Shown: positions 10,032-19,061 of the stretch, piece by piece
How the letters are laid out: every line of letters begins with the position of its first letter
Position numbering within the stretch: the stretch's first letter is position 1
Position numbers and translations under genes: made by a program
The notes under the pieces: model-generated
What the model was told of the DNA's origin: nothing
Database searches by the model: none
The model's input: only the letters and a program-made list of their open reading frames with translations
Assembly (NCBI GenBank): GCA_038215615.1
Contig: JBBQQR010000001.1
Coordinates: 128,001-192,000 of the forward strand
Direction: 5' to 3'
DNA: 64,000 nucleotides
Source of the DNA: Vulcanimicrobiales bacterium
Lineage (GTDB): Bacteria > Vulcanimicrobiota > Vulcanimicrobiia > Vulcanimicrobiales > Vulcanimicrobiaceae

Positions 10032-10854
10032 CTGCGGCCGCATCAAATATACGAACGACCTGCCGATCTACGCGGCGTTTGACGAAGGCGTGCTCGAGTA
10101 CCCCGGATCGCTGCACGCGGACGTTCCGTCGGCGCTGAACCGATTGATGCTCGATAGCAAACTCGACGTCGGCCCGATCAGTGCGTTTGCTTACGCGGCA
10201 GACTTCGAGCGGTTCGTTCTGCTGCCTGACCTTTGCATCGGCGCGCGCGATGAAGTTATTTCGGTTGTGCTGGTATCGAGCGTTCCGCCGGCACTCCTTG
10301 ATGGCGCGGAGATTGCCGTTAGCTCCGAGTCGGCGACCGGACGAAATCTGCTGCGCGTTCTGCTCGAGCGCCGTTACGGCGTACACGCTCATTTTGTCGA
10401 AAGCGCCGACGCTGCGGCCGCTGCCAAAGAAGGCCGCGCGGCCCTGCTGATCGGCGATGCCGCGATCGACGCGCAGTTAGCGTTGCCGGTCGAACGCGTG
10501 TACGATCTCGGAACCCTCTGGCACGATTGGACCGGCGAGCAAACGGTTTTCGCCGTTTGGGTAGCGCGGCGCGAAGTCTACGAGCAGAACGCCCAGGACG
10601 TGCGCGCTTGTATGCACGCTCTCACGGACTCGTATACGTGGGCGCGGGGCAACATGGAAACCGTCATCGCGCGCGCTCAAAGCATCATCGCGCGTCCGCC
10701 GGGATTCTACGAAAACTACTACGCGAAGCTGAACTTTACGTTTCATTCGGCCGCGCAGCGGGGCTTAGCGGCATATTGCCGCGAGTTGCAAGCGATCGGC
10801 GCGATAGAAACGATGCCCCGCATACTTCCGGAGGCTATCGGTGTCGGTAGCTAG
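10024..10854 (+). CDS. mqnA: Chorismate dehydratase (menaquinone futalosine pathway)
   Basis: GRIKYTNDLP, SATGRNLLRVLL, LLIGDAA and DLGTLWHDWTG..VFAVW; ATG at 10024. Confidence 0.88.
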   Translation: MLNCGRIKYTNDLPIYAAFDEGVLEYPGSLHADVPSALNRLMLDSKLDVGPISAFAYAADFERFVLLPDLCIGARDEVISVVLVSSVPPALLDGAEIAVSSESATGRNLLRVLLERRYGVHAHFVESADAAAAAKEGRAALLIGDAAIDAQLALPVERVYDLGTLWHDWTGEQTVFAVWVARREVYEQNAQDVRACMHALTDSYTWARGNMETVIARAQSIIARPPGFYENYYAKLNFTFHSAAQRGLAAYCRELQAIGAIETMPRILPEAIGVGS

Positions 10855-11923
10855 CCTGCTGGACCGCGCCGCATCGGGCGGCCGACTGACCTTTGAAGAG
10901 GGCGTCCGTATTTACCGCGAGGCCGACATTCACGATCTGGGTGCCGCCGCTCACGCGCGCCGCATGCAACTCTATCCCGAAGATGTCGTCACCTATGTGA
11001 TTGACACGACGATCAATTATACAAACGTCTGCAACGTGCACTGCACGTTCTGCGCGTTCTTTCGCCCGGAAAAACACGGCGAAGGCTACACGATGTCGCA
11101 CGACGACGTGCTCGCGCGCGTGAAGTATGCGGCTGATCAAGGCGCTACGCAGATCATGATTCAAGGCGGCGTGAACCCCGAGCTGCGACTTTCCTGGTTT
11201 GAGGAACTTTTCGCGCGCGTGCGCGCCGAGTATCCGGCGGTCGACCTGCATTCGCTCTCGGTCTCTGAGGTTGTCGGGCTTTCCACCGTCGAGCAGTTGC
11301 CGGTTCCGCAAATCCTGGGCCGCTTAAAAGAAGCGGGCATGAAGTCGCTGCCGGGAGCCGGCGCAGAGATTCTCGTCGAGCGGGTTCGCAAACGCATCAG
11401 CGCGCGCAAGGTCAAGCCGGAGGAATGGATCGGCGTTATGCGCGAGGCGCAAAAACTCGGGATGCCTACCACGGCGACGATGATGTTCGGTTCCATCGAA
11501 ACCGACGAAGAGCGCGTCGAGCATATGAACGTCATTCGCAATCTTCAAGACGAAATGGGCGGCTTCACCGCATTCATCCCCTGGTACTACGTTCCGTGGA
11601 AGACGCCGCTGCGCGGAAAAGAAGCGACCGGGTTAGAGTATCTGCGCGTGCTTGCGGTATCGCGGTTGTACCTCGATAATGTTCCGCATCTGCAAGCATC
11701 GTGGCTCACGCCGGGCTTGAAGATCGGGCAGGTCGCCTTATACTACGGCTGCGACGACATGGGAGGCACGATTCTCGAGGAGCAGGTCGTGCACGACGCC
11801 GGCTCGACCAATGCGGCGACGCGCAAGGACGTCGAAGAAATCATCATCAAGGCCGGATTCAAACCGGTCATCCGCGACACGTATTGGAATTTGCGGGCGG
11901 ACATGGCACTGGCCACGGCCTGA
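10841..11923 (+). CDS. mqnC: Cyclic dehypoxanthine futalosine synthase
   Basis: NYTNVCNVHCTFCAF, PGAGAEIL, TTATMMFG and HLQASWLT. Confidence 0.9.
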   Translation: MSVASLLDRAASGGRLTFEEGVRIYREADIHDLGAAAHARRMQLYPEDVVTYVIDTTINYTNVCNVHCTFCAFFRPEKHGEGYTMSHDDVLARVKYAADQGATQIMIQGGVNPELRLSWFEELFARVRAEYPAVDLHSLSVSEVVGLSTVEQLPVPQILGRLKEAGMKSLPGAGAEILVERVRKRISARKVKPEEWIGVMREAQKLGMPTTATMMFGSIETDEERVEHMNVIRNLQDEMGGFTAFIPWYYVPWKTPLRGKEATGLEYLRVLAVSRLYLDNVPHLQASWLTPGLKIGQVALYYGCDDMGGTILEEQVVHDAGSTNAATRKDVEEIIIKAGFKPVIRDTYWNLRADMALATA

Positions 11924-13003
11924 TTAGTGGGTCGTGTCGATGGTGGCGGCGCCGAGCACTTCGTCGCCGTCCAGATCGAAGAGCGCAACCAACTGCCCCG
12001 GTGAGACCGACTTTTGCGGCGTTTCGAAATCTAAGCGCACCGAGTCGCCTTCAACCATAGCCACGGCTGGCTCTAAACTCGCACGGTAGCGCGTCATCGC
12101 GAGCACGCGAACCGCGGATCCGTTGAATCGTTCCGGCCTAATCAGGTTCAATTCGTTTGCCGTCAGCCCGGCTATGGCGAGTTCGTCCTCGCGTCCGATG
12201 ACGATAGTGTTGGTCGCTGCATCGATGCGCGTCACGTAACGCGCGCCGTCGCCGCTTGCGGGCAAACCTTGTCGTTGTCCGATCGTATAACCTGAAATGC
12301 CCGCGTGGCGGCCGACGATCTCGCCCGCGATCGTTACGACATCGCCTGCGCGCGCCGATTCGGGACGAAGCTCCGCCACGATGTCGCGGTAGTCGGCGCC
12401 TTCCACGAAGCAAATGTCCTGCGACTCGATCTTGTCGTGCACCGGCATGCCGAGCCGCTTCGCGTGCGCGCGCGTCGCCTGCTTGTCGAGCTCGCCAAGC
12501 GGAAGCATCAATCCTGAAAGTTGCGCGGGCGTGAGTTGGGCGAGTGCATATGCTTGATCTTTTGCATGCGTGCCGCGGCGCAAGTGCGGCCCGTCGGCGC
12601 GGAGATCGACGCGGGCGTAATGTCCGGTTGCGACGTACGGTGCGCCCAGCGAATCGGCATACTTGCGCAGCGTGCCGAGTTTGACGAAGTTGTTGCACGA
12701 GACGCACGGGTTGGGCGTGCGGCCCGCCGCGTATTCCTGTGCGAACCGGTCGATCACGCTGCGGCGGAACGTTTCCTCAAAATCGAGCACGTAGTGCGGA
12801 ATTCCGAGCGTAGCCGCGCTCCGGCGGGCGTCGTCAAAGTCGTCCACGCCGCAGCAGCTGCGGGCATGCGGCGCGCGCGTCTGCGAATACATCTTCATCG
12901 TGACGCCAATAACGTCGTAGCCCGCTTCCACCAGCAAGCCGGCTGCCACGGCCGAATCGACTCCGCCGCTCATTGCGGCGATTACGCGCGTTTTCTCCAT
13001 CAT
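11924..13003 (-). CDS. mnmA: tRNA 2-thiouridine(34) synthase
   Basis: AMSGGVDS, GRTPNPCVSCN, ATGHYA, KDQAY and ESQDICF. Confidence 0.95.
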   Translation of the reverse strand: MMEKTRVIAAMSGGVDSAVAAGLLVEAGYDVIGVTMKMYSQTRAPHARSCCGVDDFDDARRSAATLGIPHYVLDFEETFRRSVIDRFAQEYAAGRTPNPCVSCNNFVKLGTLRKYADSLGAPYVATGHYARVDLRADGPHLRRGTHAKDQAYALAQLTPAQLSGLMLPLGELDKQATRAHAKRLGMPVHDKIESQDICFVEGADYRDIVAELRPESARAGDVVTIAGEIVGRHAGISGYTIGQRQGLPASGDGARYVTRIDAATNTIVIGREDELAIAGLTANELNLIRPERFNGSAVRVLAMTRYRASLEPAVAMVEGDSVRLDFETPQKSVSPGQLVALFDLDGDEVLGAATIDTTH

Positions 13004-13048
13004 CTAAAAACACAGGATAACAGGATAGGGCCGCTAACAGAAGCTCAC

Positions 13049-13738
13049 ATGGGGCTGGGCGAACGCTTTCGGGCAACGCGCGAAGAACGTGGCCTCACTC
13101 TCTCTGAGGTAGGCGAGCAGCTGCGCATCCGTTCGGTCTATCTTTCGGCAATCGAGGAAGAAAACTGGAAGGCGATCGGCGCGCCGGTCTACATCCGGGG
13201 CTTCCTGCGCACCTACGCTCGCTTCTTGGGACTCGACCCCGAAGAGGCCGTCGGCGAATTCAACACCGCCAGCGGCGTCGCGGCATCATCGGCGCCCGCG
13301 GTCCAGAGCCGCGCCTCAGGGCAGCGGAGCATGAAGCCGCTGCTGTGGATTGCCGGGATCGTCGCGATAGCACTGATCGGTTTCGTGATTTTCGTTTATG
13401 TCTCGCCGCCTCGCGCCGTGACCACTGCGCAGAGCGCGGCTCCGGCTGCATCTCCAACATCTGCTGCGGCCACGCAGCCTCCGCCGGCGCAGCCGAAGCC
13501 GCTGCCGGCGCGAACGCTTGCACTGAATGTAACGTCCGCATCTTGGCTCAGGGTAACCATTGACGGGAATGTTAGTATGGAGGGTATATTTCCGCGCGGT
13601 ACGAGCAAGATATTTCATGGCAAGATCGCGGTGGTACGCGCCGGTAATGCGGCGGGCATCGCGCTAACCGTGGACGGGAAACCTATTGGAAGACTTGGCG
13701 GCGCGGGCGACGTAGTTGAAAAGAGTTTTACGTTATAA
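13049..13738 (+). CDS. rodZ: RodZ-like HTH / TM / DUF4115 protein
   Basis: N-terminal HTH (YLSAIEE..YIRGFLRTYARFLGLD), single TM helix, C-terminal GNAAGI motif; ATG at 13049. Confidence 0.85.
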   Translation: MGLGERFRATREERGLTLSEVGEQLRIRSVYLSAIEEENWKAIGAPVYIRGFLRTYARFLGLDPEEAVGEFNTASGVAASSAPAVQSRASGQRSMKPLLWIAGIVAIALIGFVIFVYVSPPRAVTTAQSAAPAASPTSAAATQPPPAQPKPLPARTLALNVTSASWLRVTIDGNVSMEGIFPRGTSKIFHGKIAVVRAGNAAGIALTVDGKPIGRLGGAGDVVEKSFTL

Positions 13739-13741
13739 TTT

Positions 13742-14236
13742 ATGCCTACAGATGCATCATTCGATATCGTCTCGCGGGTCGATCAACAGGAACTCGATAA
13801 CGCGTTAAACCAGACGCGCAAAGAGATTGCGGGCCGTTTCGATTTCAAGCACAGCAAGACCACTATCGAATACGACGGGAAAAAAGTCATCACGATCGTC
13901 TCCGACGACGAATTGAAGATGAAGAACGTCGTCGACATGCTCCAGTCGAAGGCGGTCAAACGCGGCATCGATCTGAAGAGCTTGGAACTGGGAACGGTGG
14001 AACCCGCCGCCGGCGACACGGTCCGGCGGACGGTGACGCTCAAAACCGGCATACCCAAAGATAAAATCAAGCCGCTGATGGACGCCATCAAAGATATGAA
14101 GCTCAAAGTGAACGCGCAATATCAGGATGACCAAATTCGCGTTTCCGGAAAAAATAGGGACGACTTGCAGAAAGTCATCGCGCGGCTGCGCACGCTCAGC
14201 TATGAGCTGCCGCTGCAATTCGTCAATTACCGTTAG
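13742..14236 (+). CDS. yajQ: YajQ family nucleotide/cyclic di-GMP-binding protein
   Basis: SFDIVS, RFDFK, IRVSGKNRDDLQ and LQFVNYR. Confidence 0.95.
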   Translation: MPTDASFDIVSRVDQQELDNALNQTRKEIAGRFDFKHSKTTIEYDGKKVITIVSDDELKMKNVVDMLQSKAVKRGIDLKSLELGTVEPAAGDTVRRTVTLKTGIPKDKIKPLMDAIKDMKLKVNAQYQDDQIRVSGKNRDDLQKVIARLRTLSYELPLQFVNYR

Positions 14237-15555
14237 TGTCTAAACGCGTCTCTTTCGTGAGTTTGGGCTGCGCGAAGAACCTCGTCGACACCGAAGTTAT
14301 GATCGCGAAGCTCGGTGCGGCCGGCTGGGAGCTCTGCGCGGATTCCGCGCAGGCCGATACGGTCGTCGTGAACACGTGCGCGTTCATCGATCCGGCCAAA
14401 GCCGAGTCGACCGACGCCATCATGGAGCAGGCGCAGCGCAAGAAGCCGGAGCAGCAGTTGATCGTCGCCGGATGTCTGGCGCAGCGTTATGGCGAGCAGC
14501 TTCAGGCGCTCGTCCCCGAGATCGACGGCGTCGTGGGTACGGGGGCCTACGCGAGCATCGTCGAGGTGCTCACGGAAGCCGCAGCCGGCGCGCGGCCGGC
14601 GCGCCTGGGCTTCGAGCCGGAGCCCGAACACGATTTCTTGCCGCGTCTGGTCACGACGCCCCGGGCGACAGCCTATCTCAAGATCGCCGAGGGCTGCGAT
14701 CATCCGTGCACGTTTTGCATCATCCCGCAGCTGCGCGGTCGTTTCCGCAGCCGCAGCGAGGAATCTCTACTAAAGGAAGCGCGCGCGCTGGCCCAAGCCG
14801 GGACGCGCGAATTAGTCCTCATCGCGCAAGACTCGTCGATGTGGGGACGCGACCGCGGTTTTCGCCGCGGAGGGTTGGCGCATTTGCTGCGCGGCTTACA
14901 CGAGATCGAAGGCCTGGAGTGGATTCGTCTTCTCTATCTCTATCCGGCCACGATCGATAGCGAGCTGATCGCGGCCATCGCCGAGCTACCGAAGGTTTGC
15001 AAGTACATCGACATGCCGCTACAGCACGCGCATCCGGAGATCTTGCGCGCGATGCTGCGCCCCGGAAACGGCGAGCGTTACTTAGAGATTCTCGAAGATT
15101 TTCGCAGCCGCATCCCCGGCATCACCATGCGCTCGACGTTCATCGTCGGATTTCCGGGCGAGCGCGAAGAGCACGTGGCGTACATGGAAGAGTGGATCGG
15201 CCGCGCGCAGCTCGACCGCGTAGGGTTTTTTCAGTACAGCAGCGAGCAAGGTACTCCCGGCGCGACGCTTCCGGATCACGTGCCTGCGCGCGAACAGCGG
15301 CGGCGTCTGGTTCGCTTGCGCGAGGGTCAGCGAGTTGCGTCGCTGGCGGCGCGATCGCGCCGGCTCGGCAGTACGGTTCGAGTCCTGGTTGAAAGCCGCA
15401 CGCGGCGCGGGTGGGCCGGCCGTTCGATGGGCGAGGCACCGGGGGTGGACGGCGCGATTCATTTTACCGGCGACGCGTCACCGGGTGAATTTGTGGATGT
15501 CACGCTCGAGCGCACTACCGCGTTCGATTTCCATGGCCGGATAGCGCATGGGTAA
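14236..15555 (+). CDS. rimO: Ribosomal protein S12 methylthiotransferase
   Basis: SLGCAKNLVDTE, NTCAFI, CDHPCTFC, RLLYLYP and a C-terminal TRAM domain. Confidence 0.93.
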   Translation: MSKRVSFVSLGCAKNLVDTEVMIAKLGAAGWELCADSAQADTVVVNTCAFIDPAKAESTDAIMEQAQRKKPEQQLIVAGCLAQRYGEQLQALVPEIDGVVGTGAYASIVEVLTEAAAGARPARLGFEPEPEHDFLPRLVTTPRATAYLKIAEGCDHPCTFCIIPQLRGRFRSRSEESLLKEARALAQAGTRELVLIAQDSSMWGRDRGFRRGGLAHLLRGLHEIEGLEWIRLLYLYPATIDSELIAAIAELPKVCKYIDMPLQHAHPEILRAMLRPGNGERYLEILEDFRSRIPGITMRSTFIVGFPGEREEHVAYMEEWIGRAQLDRVGFFQYSSEQGTPGATLPDHVPAREQRRRLVRLREGQRVASLAARSRRLGSTVRVLVESRTRRGWAGRSMGEAPGVDGAIHFTGDASPGEFVDVTLERTTAFDFHGRIAHG

Positions 15556-16939
15556 ACATATTCGTCCCGACGATTATTTGGAACCGCAGGCGCGAACGCG
15601 CGCGCCTGTCTTCAAACGCGTTGCGATCGCCGCGGGTATCGTTGTCGCGGGCATCATCGCGGTGCTCGCCGGAATGTCGGTCGCACAGCGCAAACCGGTT
15701 TGGCAAATTGTAGCAACAGTGTTGACGCCTTCGCCGCAGCAGGTCTTCGGCAGGAATAGCATTTTAGTTTTGGTGGAAGGGCTGGATTACGATTACACCG
15801 CCAAAGATGAAGAGTATTCGACCCAAGCGCGCAGCGACGTCATTTGGGCCGTCAATCTCGATTTCATAACGCACCGCATTTATCAGCTGGCAATTCCGCG
15901 CGACATGGTCGCAACGTTTCCAGGCGGAGGCCGGCAGAAAATTAACCAGGCTCAGTCCGAAGGCGGCGTCCGGGAAGCGCAATCGGTTATCTCGCAATTT
16001 CTCGGAATCCCCGGTTTCGATCGCTACATGGTTTTCCGGCCCGATTCAACGCAAGATTTCGTCAATTCACTTGGCGGCATCGATGTCAAGGTTGTGAACT
16101 CGGATTGTCTGATACATCCGCACAATTGCATCAACGGTCCACTGGATTACGACGACAGCTGGGGACATCTTCACATTCATCTCAAGCCCGGCTTGCAGCA
16201 TCTCAATGGCGTACAAGCCGTTGGATACATGCGTTTCCGGCATGACTGGTGCGGCGATCCGTGCCGGATCATGCGCCAGCAGGTTGTTTTGCATGCGCTC
16301 CTGCACCGGCTGACCGCCGACAAAGTCAACACGCTGCTCCACATGAACGACTTATTGGGCGCCATCAACCGCGACGTGCAGACCAACCTTTCGCGCCAAG
16401 AAGAGATCAGCATAGCAACGGCTTTCGCTGACATGACGCCGCAAGCGCTGACGACGAAGCAAGTCCCCTATGTCGCCGATGTCACGCTGCCTGACGGCGG
16501 CGCGGCGATCGTTCCCGATGAAACAAAGCGCGCCCAGCTCGTCCGCACGATGCTGATCGCGCCGCCGCGGCCAACGACGCCACCCGATCCCGGAGCGCTC
16601 GCTGCCGTAGCACCCGGCTCCGTACGCGTTGACATCGAAAACGGAACCGGCGTGCCCGGCCTGGCAAAGCGTGTCGCCGCGCTGCTGCGTTCGGAAGGCT
16701 TCAAAATCGCGCAAGTTGGCAATGCCTCTTCCGGAAACGTCGCGACGACCGAAGTGCACGAACACTCGCACGTCGCCAACGCCGGACTGAAAGTACGCAA
16801 CGGTTTAGGCTCGCGCGCGAGCCGCGTGCCGGTCATTTCTGAGGCGATCTCTTCTCAGACGCCTTCTCCAAGCGACGTTACGGTGATTATCGGTGACGAT
16901 CTCGTCACCGTGATGAGCTCTCTGCCGGCTTCGCAATGA
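15548..16939 (+). CDS. LCP (LytR/CpsA/Psr) family protein with LytR_C domain
   Basis: TM anchor, RSD, IPRD, KIN and YMRFRH..R..RQQ; C-terminal NGTGVPGLA...DVTVIIG. Confidence 0.9.
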   Translation: MGKHIRPDDYLEPQARTRAPVFKRVAIAAGIVVAGIIAVLAGMSVAQRKPVWQIVATVLTPSPQQVFGRNSILVLVEGLDYDYTAKDEEYSTQARSDVIWAVNLDFITHRIYQLAIPRDMVATFPGGGRQKINQAQSEGGVREAQSVISQFLGIPGFDRYMVFRPDSTQDFVNSLGGIDVKVVNSDCLIHPHNCINGPLDYDDSWGHLHIHLKPGLQHLNGVQAVGYMRFRHDWCGDPCRIMRQQVVLHALLHRLTADKVNTLLHMNDLLGAINRDVQTNLSRQEEISIATAFADMTPQALTTKQVPYVADVTLPDGGAAIVPDETKRAQLVRTMLIAPPRPTTPPDPGALAAVAPGSVRVDIENGTGVPGLAKRVAALLRSEGFKIAQVGNASSGNVATTEVHEHSHVANAGLKVRNGLGSRASRVPVISEAISSQTPSPSDVTVIIGDDLVTVMSSLPASQ

Positions 16940-17760
16940 AGCATTGGCGCGCGATCGCGATCGCGCTGGTCTGCGCGGCGCTAGCCGTTGGTGCGTTCCG
17001 TCTTTTCGAGCACACCGCGCATCTACAGCCGGCGCTGGTGACGCCGAACATGGACGCGCAGCAAGCGCTCTCGCCTTCGCTCGCCGGGCACGTAAAGCGG
17101 TTGTTGCGCGAACAGCAACTGTACGGCAACCGGGCGGGCCGGCCGAAGCTTATCGCGCTGACGTTCGACGACGGACCATATCCGGTGTTTACGCCGCTGC
17201 TCCTGGACGCGCTCGACAAGTTAAAGATTCCGGCGACATTTTTTCTGATCGGCCACGACGCCCAGCAATGGCCCGAACTCACCACGCGCATCGAACAAAA
17301 CGGCGACGAAGTCGCGAATCATACGCAGACGCATCCCGACCTCGATCTCTTGACCGGCGCGCAGGTCCGTCGCGAAATCGTCGACGGGCGCACATCGCTA
17401 GATGCGCTCGTGCACGATCCCGCGATCGATCGATTTTTCCGGCCGCCGCACGGCCGCTACACGGTCGCTGTGGTGAAGACGGCCCAGTCGCTCGGTTACA
17501 CAACCGTCCTGTGGAACGACGACCCAGGGGACTGGCGGAGCAGCCGAACGACTCCGCGGGAACTCGACGCCCACATCCGCCGGTATGCGACTGCGCCGGA
17601 CATCGTGCTCCTGCATAGTGGAAAGCTGGCGACCATCGAGATGCTGCCCAGCCTGGCGGCCGCCTTCCGCTCGGCAGGGTACCGGTTCGTCACGTTGGGA
17701 AGCCTTATGAGGGCCGTTCCCTACGACGACGTGAACCATCCGGCCAAGCATCCCGTTTAG
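16936..17760 (+). CDS. Polysaccharide deacetylase (NodB family)
   Basis: LTFDDGP, NHTQTHP, FRPPHG and IVLLH; N-terminal signal/TM segment. Confidence 0.92.
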   Translation: MKHWRAIAIALVCAALAVGAFRLFEHTAHLQPALVTPNMDAQQALSPSLAGHVKRLLREQQLYGNRAGRPKLIALTFDDGPYPVFTPLLLDALDKLKIPATFFLIGHDAQQWPELTTRIEQNGDEVANHTQTHPDLDLLTGAQVRREIVDGRTSLDALVHDPAIDRFFRPPHGRYTVAVVKTAQSLGYTTVLWNDDPGDWRSSRTTPRELDAHIRRYATAPDIVLLHSGKLATIEMLPSLAAAFRSAGYRFVTLGSLMRAVPYDDVNHPAKHPV

Positions 17761-17767
17761 AGCCTGA

Positions 17768-17902
17768 ATGCCTCGGCAAATCATCGATACGGAATCGAGC
17801 CGGCCCCGGTACGTCCGGCGGGTGGCCTGGACGATCGTGACCGTCTTCCTCGTCGTTGCCCTGCTGGCCATCGCCTTCGCCCTGCATTTTCCAGGAAAGT
17901 GA
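17768..17902 (+). CDS. 44-aa single-pass membrane microprotein (below the ORF-track cutoff)
   Basis: MPRQIIDTESSRPRYVRRVAWTIVTVFLVVALLAIAFALHFPGK; starts 7 bp after the deacetylase stop and fills the gap. Confidence 0.6.
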   Translation: MPRQIIDTESSRPRYVRRVAWTIVTVFLVVALLAIAFALHFPGK

Positions 17903-17946
17903 TCCGCGCTGCGGGTATCCTGGGAAGCCACCCATCTAGGAGAACT

Positions 17947-19059
17947 ATGCTGCGCCGTTCCTTCCCCGGACTGATCCTTGCCCTGGCATGCGCCGCTGCG
18001 TTTGCCGCCTGCAGTGCCACAGGAACCAGCATCCCGTCGAGCGGCGGAGTGCAGGGTCTGGGTCCGAACTTCGTGACGAACACGCTGTACGTGACCAACA
18101 CCACGCAAAATGTGGTGGAACTCTACACGCCCAGCCCGGCGGCGGCAGCGACGCCCCAGTACGCTATCGGCGGATCGAATACGCAGCTGAACGGCCCGCA
18201 GTACGATGCCTTCGACAGCACTCGCCGGCTGTACGTCACCAACTACAATCCCGGAACCCAAATCGGCTCGCTCATCATCTATCAGACGTTTGCGACCGGG
18301 AACGTGCTGCCGCTTGCGACGCTTGGCGGCGCGGGCACGCTCATCGATCAGCCGCACGGCATCACCATCCTGAGCGACGGCACGGTCGTTATCGCCAACA
18401 CGTCGCCGAACGGTTCGTTCCCCAATGCGGTGCTCGTGTTCACGCCGCTGAATTCGTCCTCGGTTCCGATTCTATCCGTGGTCATCGCGGGAAGCCTGAC
18501 GCAGCTCAGTGCGCCGACCGGCGTATCATCGGATTCGACCAAGAAAATTTTCGTCGCCAATCGCGGCTCCGGCACAATCACGGCCTACGTCGTGCCAACG
18601 CCGACTCCGATTCCGTCGACCACGCCCTCACCGACGCCGACCCCGACCACCAGTCCGTCGTCCTCGCCCTCGCCGACGCCCGCTCCGTTCAACAACAACG
18701 TTGCGCCGAACATCGTGATCGGCGGAGCGCTGACGGGGTTGATCGCGCCAACCGGAATCACGCTCGACGCGAACAATGTGATCTATGTCGTCGACCCCGA
18801 CAACGGGGTTCCGAGCGTGCGCGTGTTCGCGGCCGGCGCGAACGGCAACGTGGCGCCCGTCCGCGTCATCAGCGGCGCGCTGACGCAACTTTCGAATCCG
18901 CTCGACGTTAAAGTTGACGCCGCCGGAAATATCTACGTCACCGACGCGGGAGCGAACAAACTCTTGATCTACGGCCCCGGTGCGAGCGGGAACGTCGCGC
19001 CCACGGTCGCGATCACACTGCCGGTAGGCAGCGTAACAGGGCTCTCACTATCGCCCTAG
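17947..19059 (+). CDS. NHL-repeat beta-propeller lipoprotein with Pro/Thr/Ser-rich insert
   Basis: AGGAGA SD, lipobox FAAC, repeated P.G..D..G.IYV units. Confidence 0.8.
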   Translation: MLRRSFPGLILALACAAAFAACSATGTSIPSSGGVQGLGPNFVTNTLYVTNTTQNVVELYTPSPAAAATPQYAIGGSNTQLNGPQYDAFDSTRRLYVTNYNPGTQIGSLIIYQTFATGNVLPLATLGGAGTLIDQPHGITILSDGTVVIANTSPNGSFPNAVLVFTPLNSSSVPILSVVIAGSLTQLSAPTGVSSDSTKKIFVANRGSGTITAYVVPTPTPIPSTTPSPTPTPTTSPSSSPSPTPAPFNNNVAPNIVIGGALTGLIAPTGITLDANNVIYVVDPDNGVPSVRVFAAGANGNVAPVRVISGALTQLSNPLDVKVDAAGNIYVTDAGANKLLIYGPGASGNVAPTVAITLPVGSVTGLSLSP

Positions 19060-19061
19060 AG

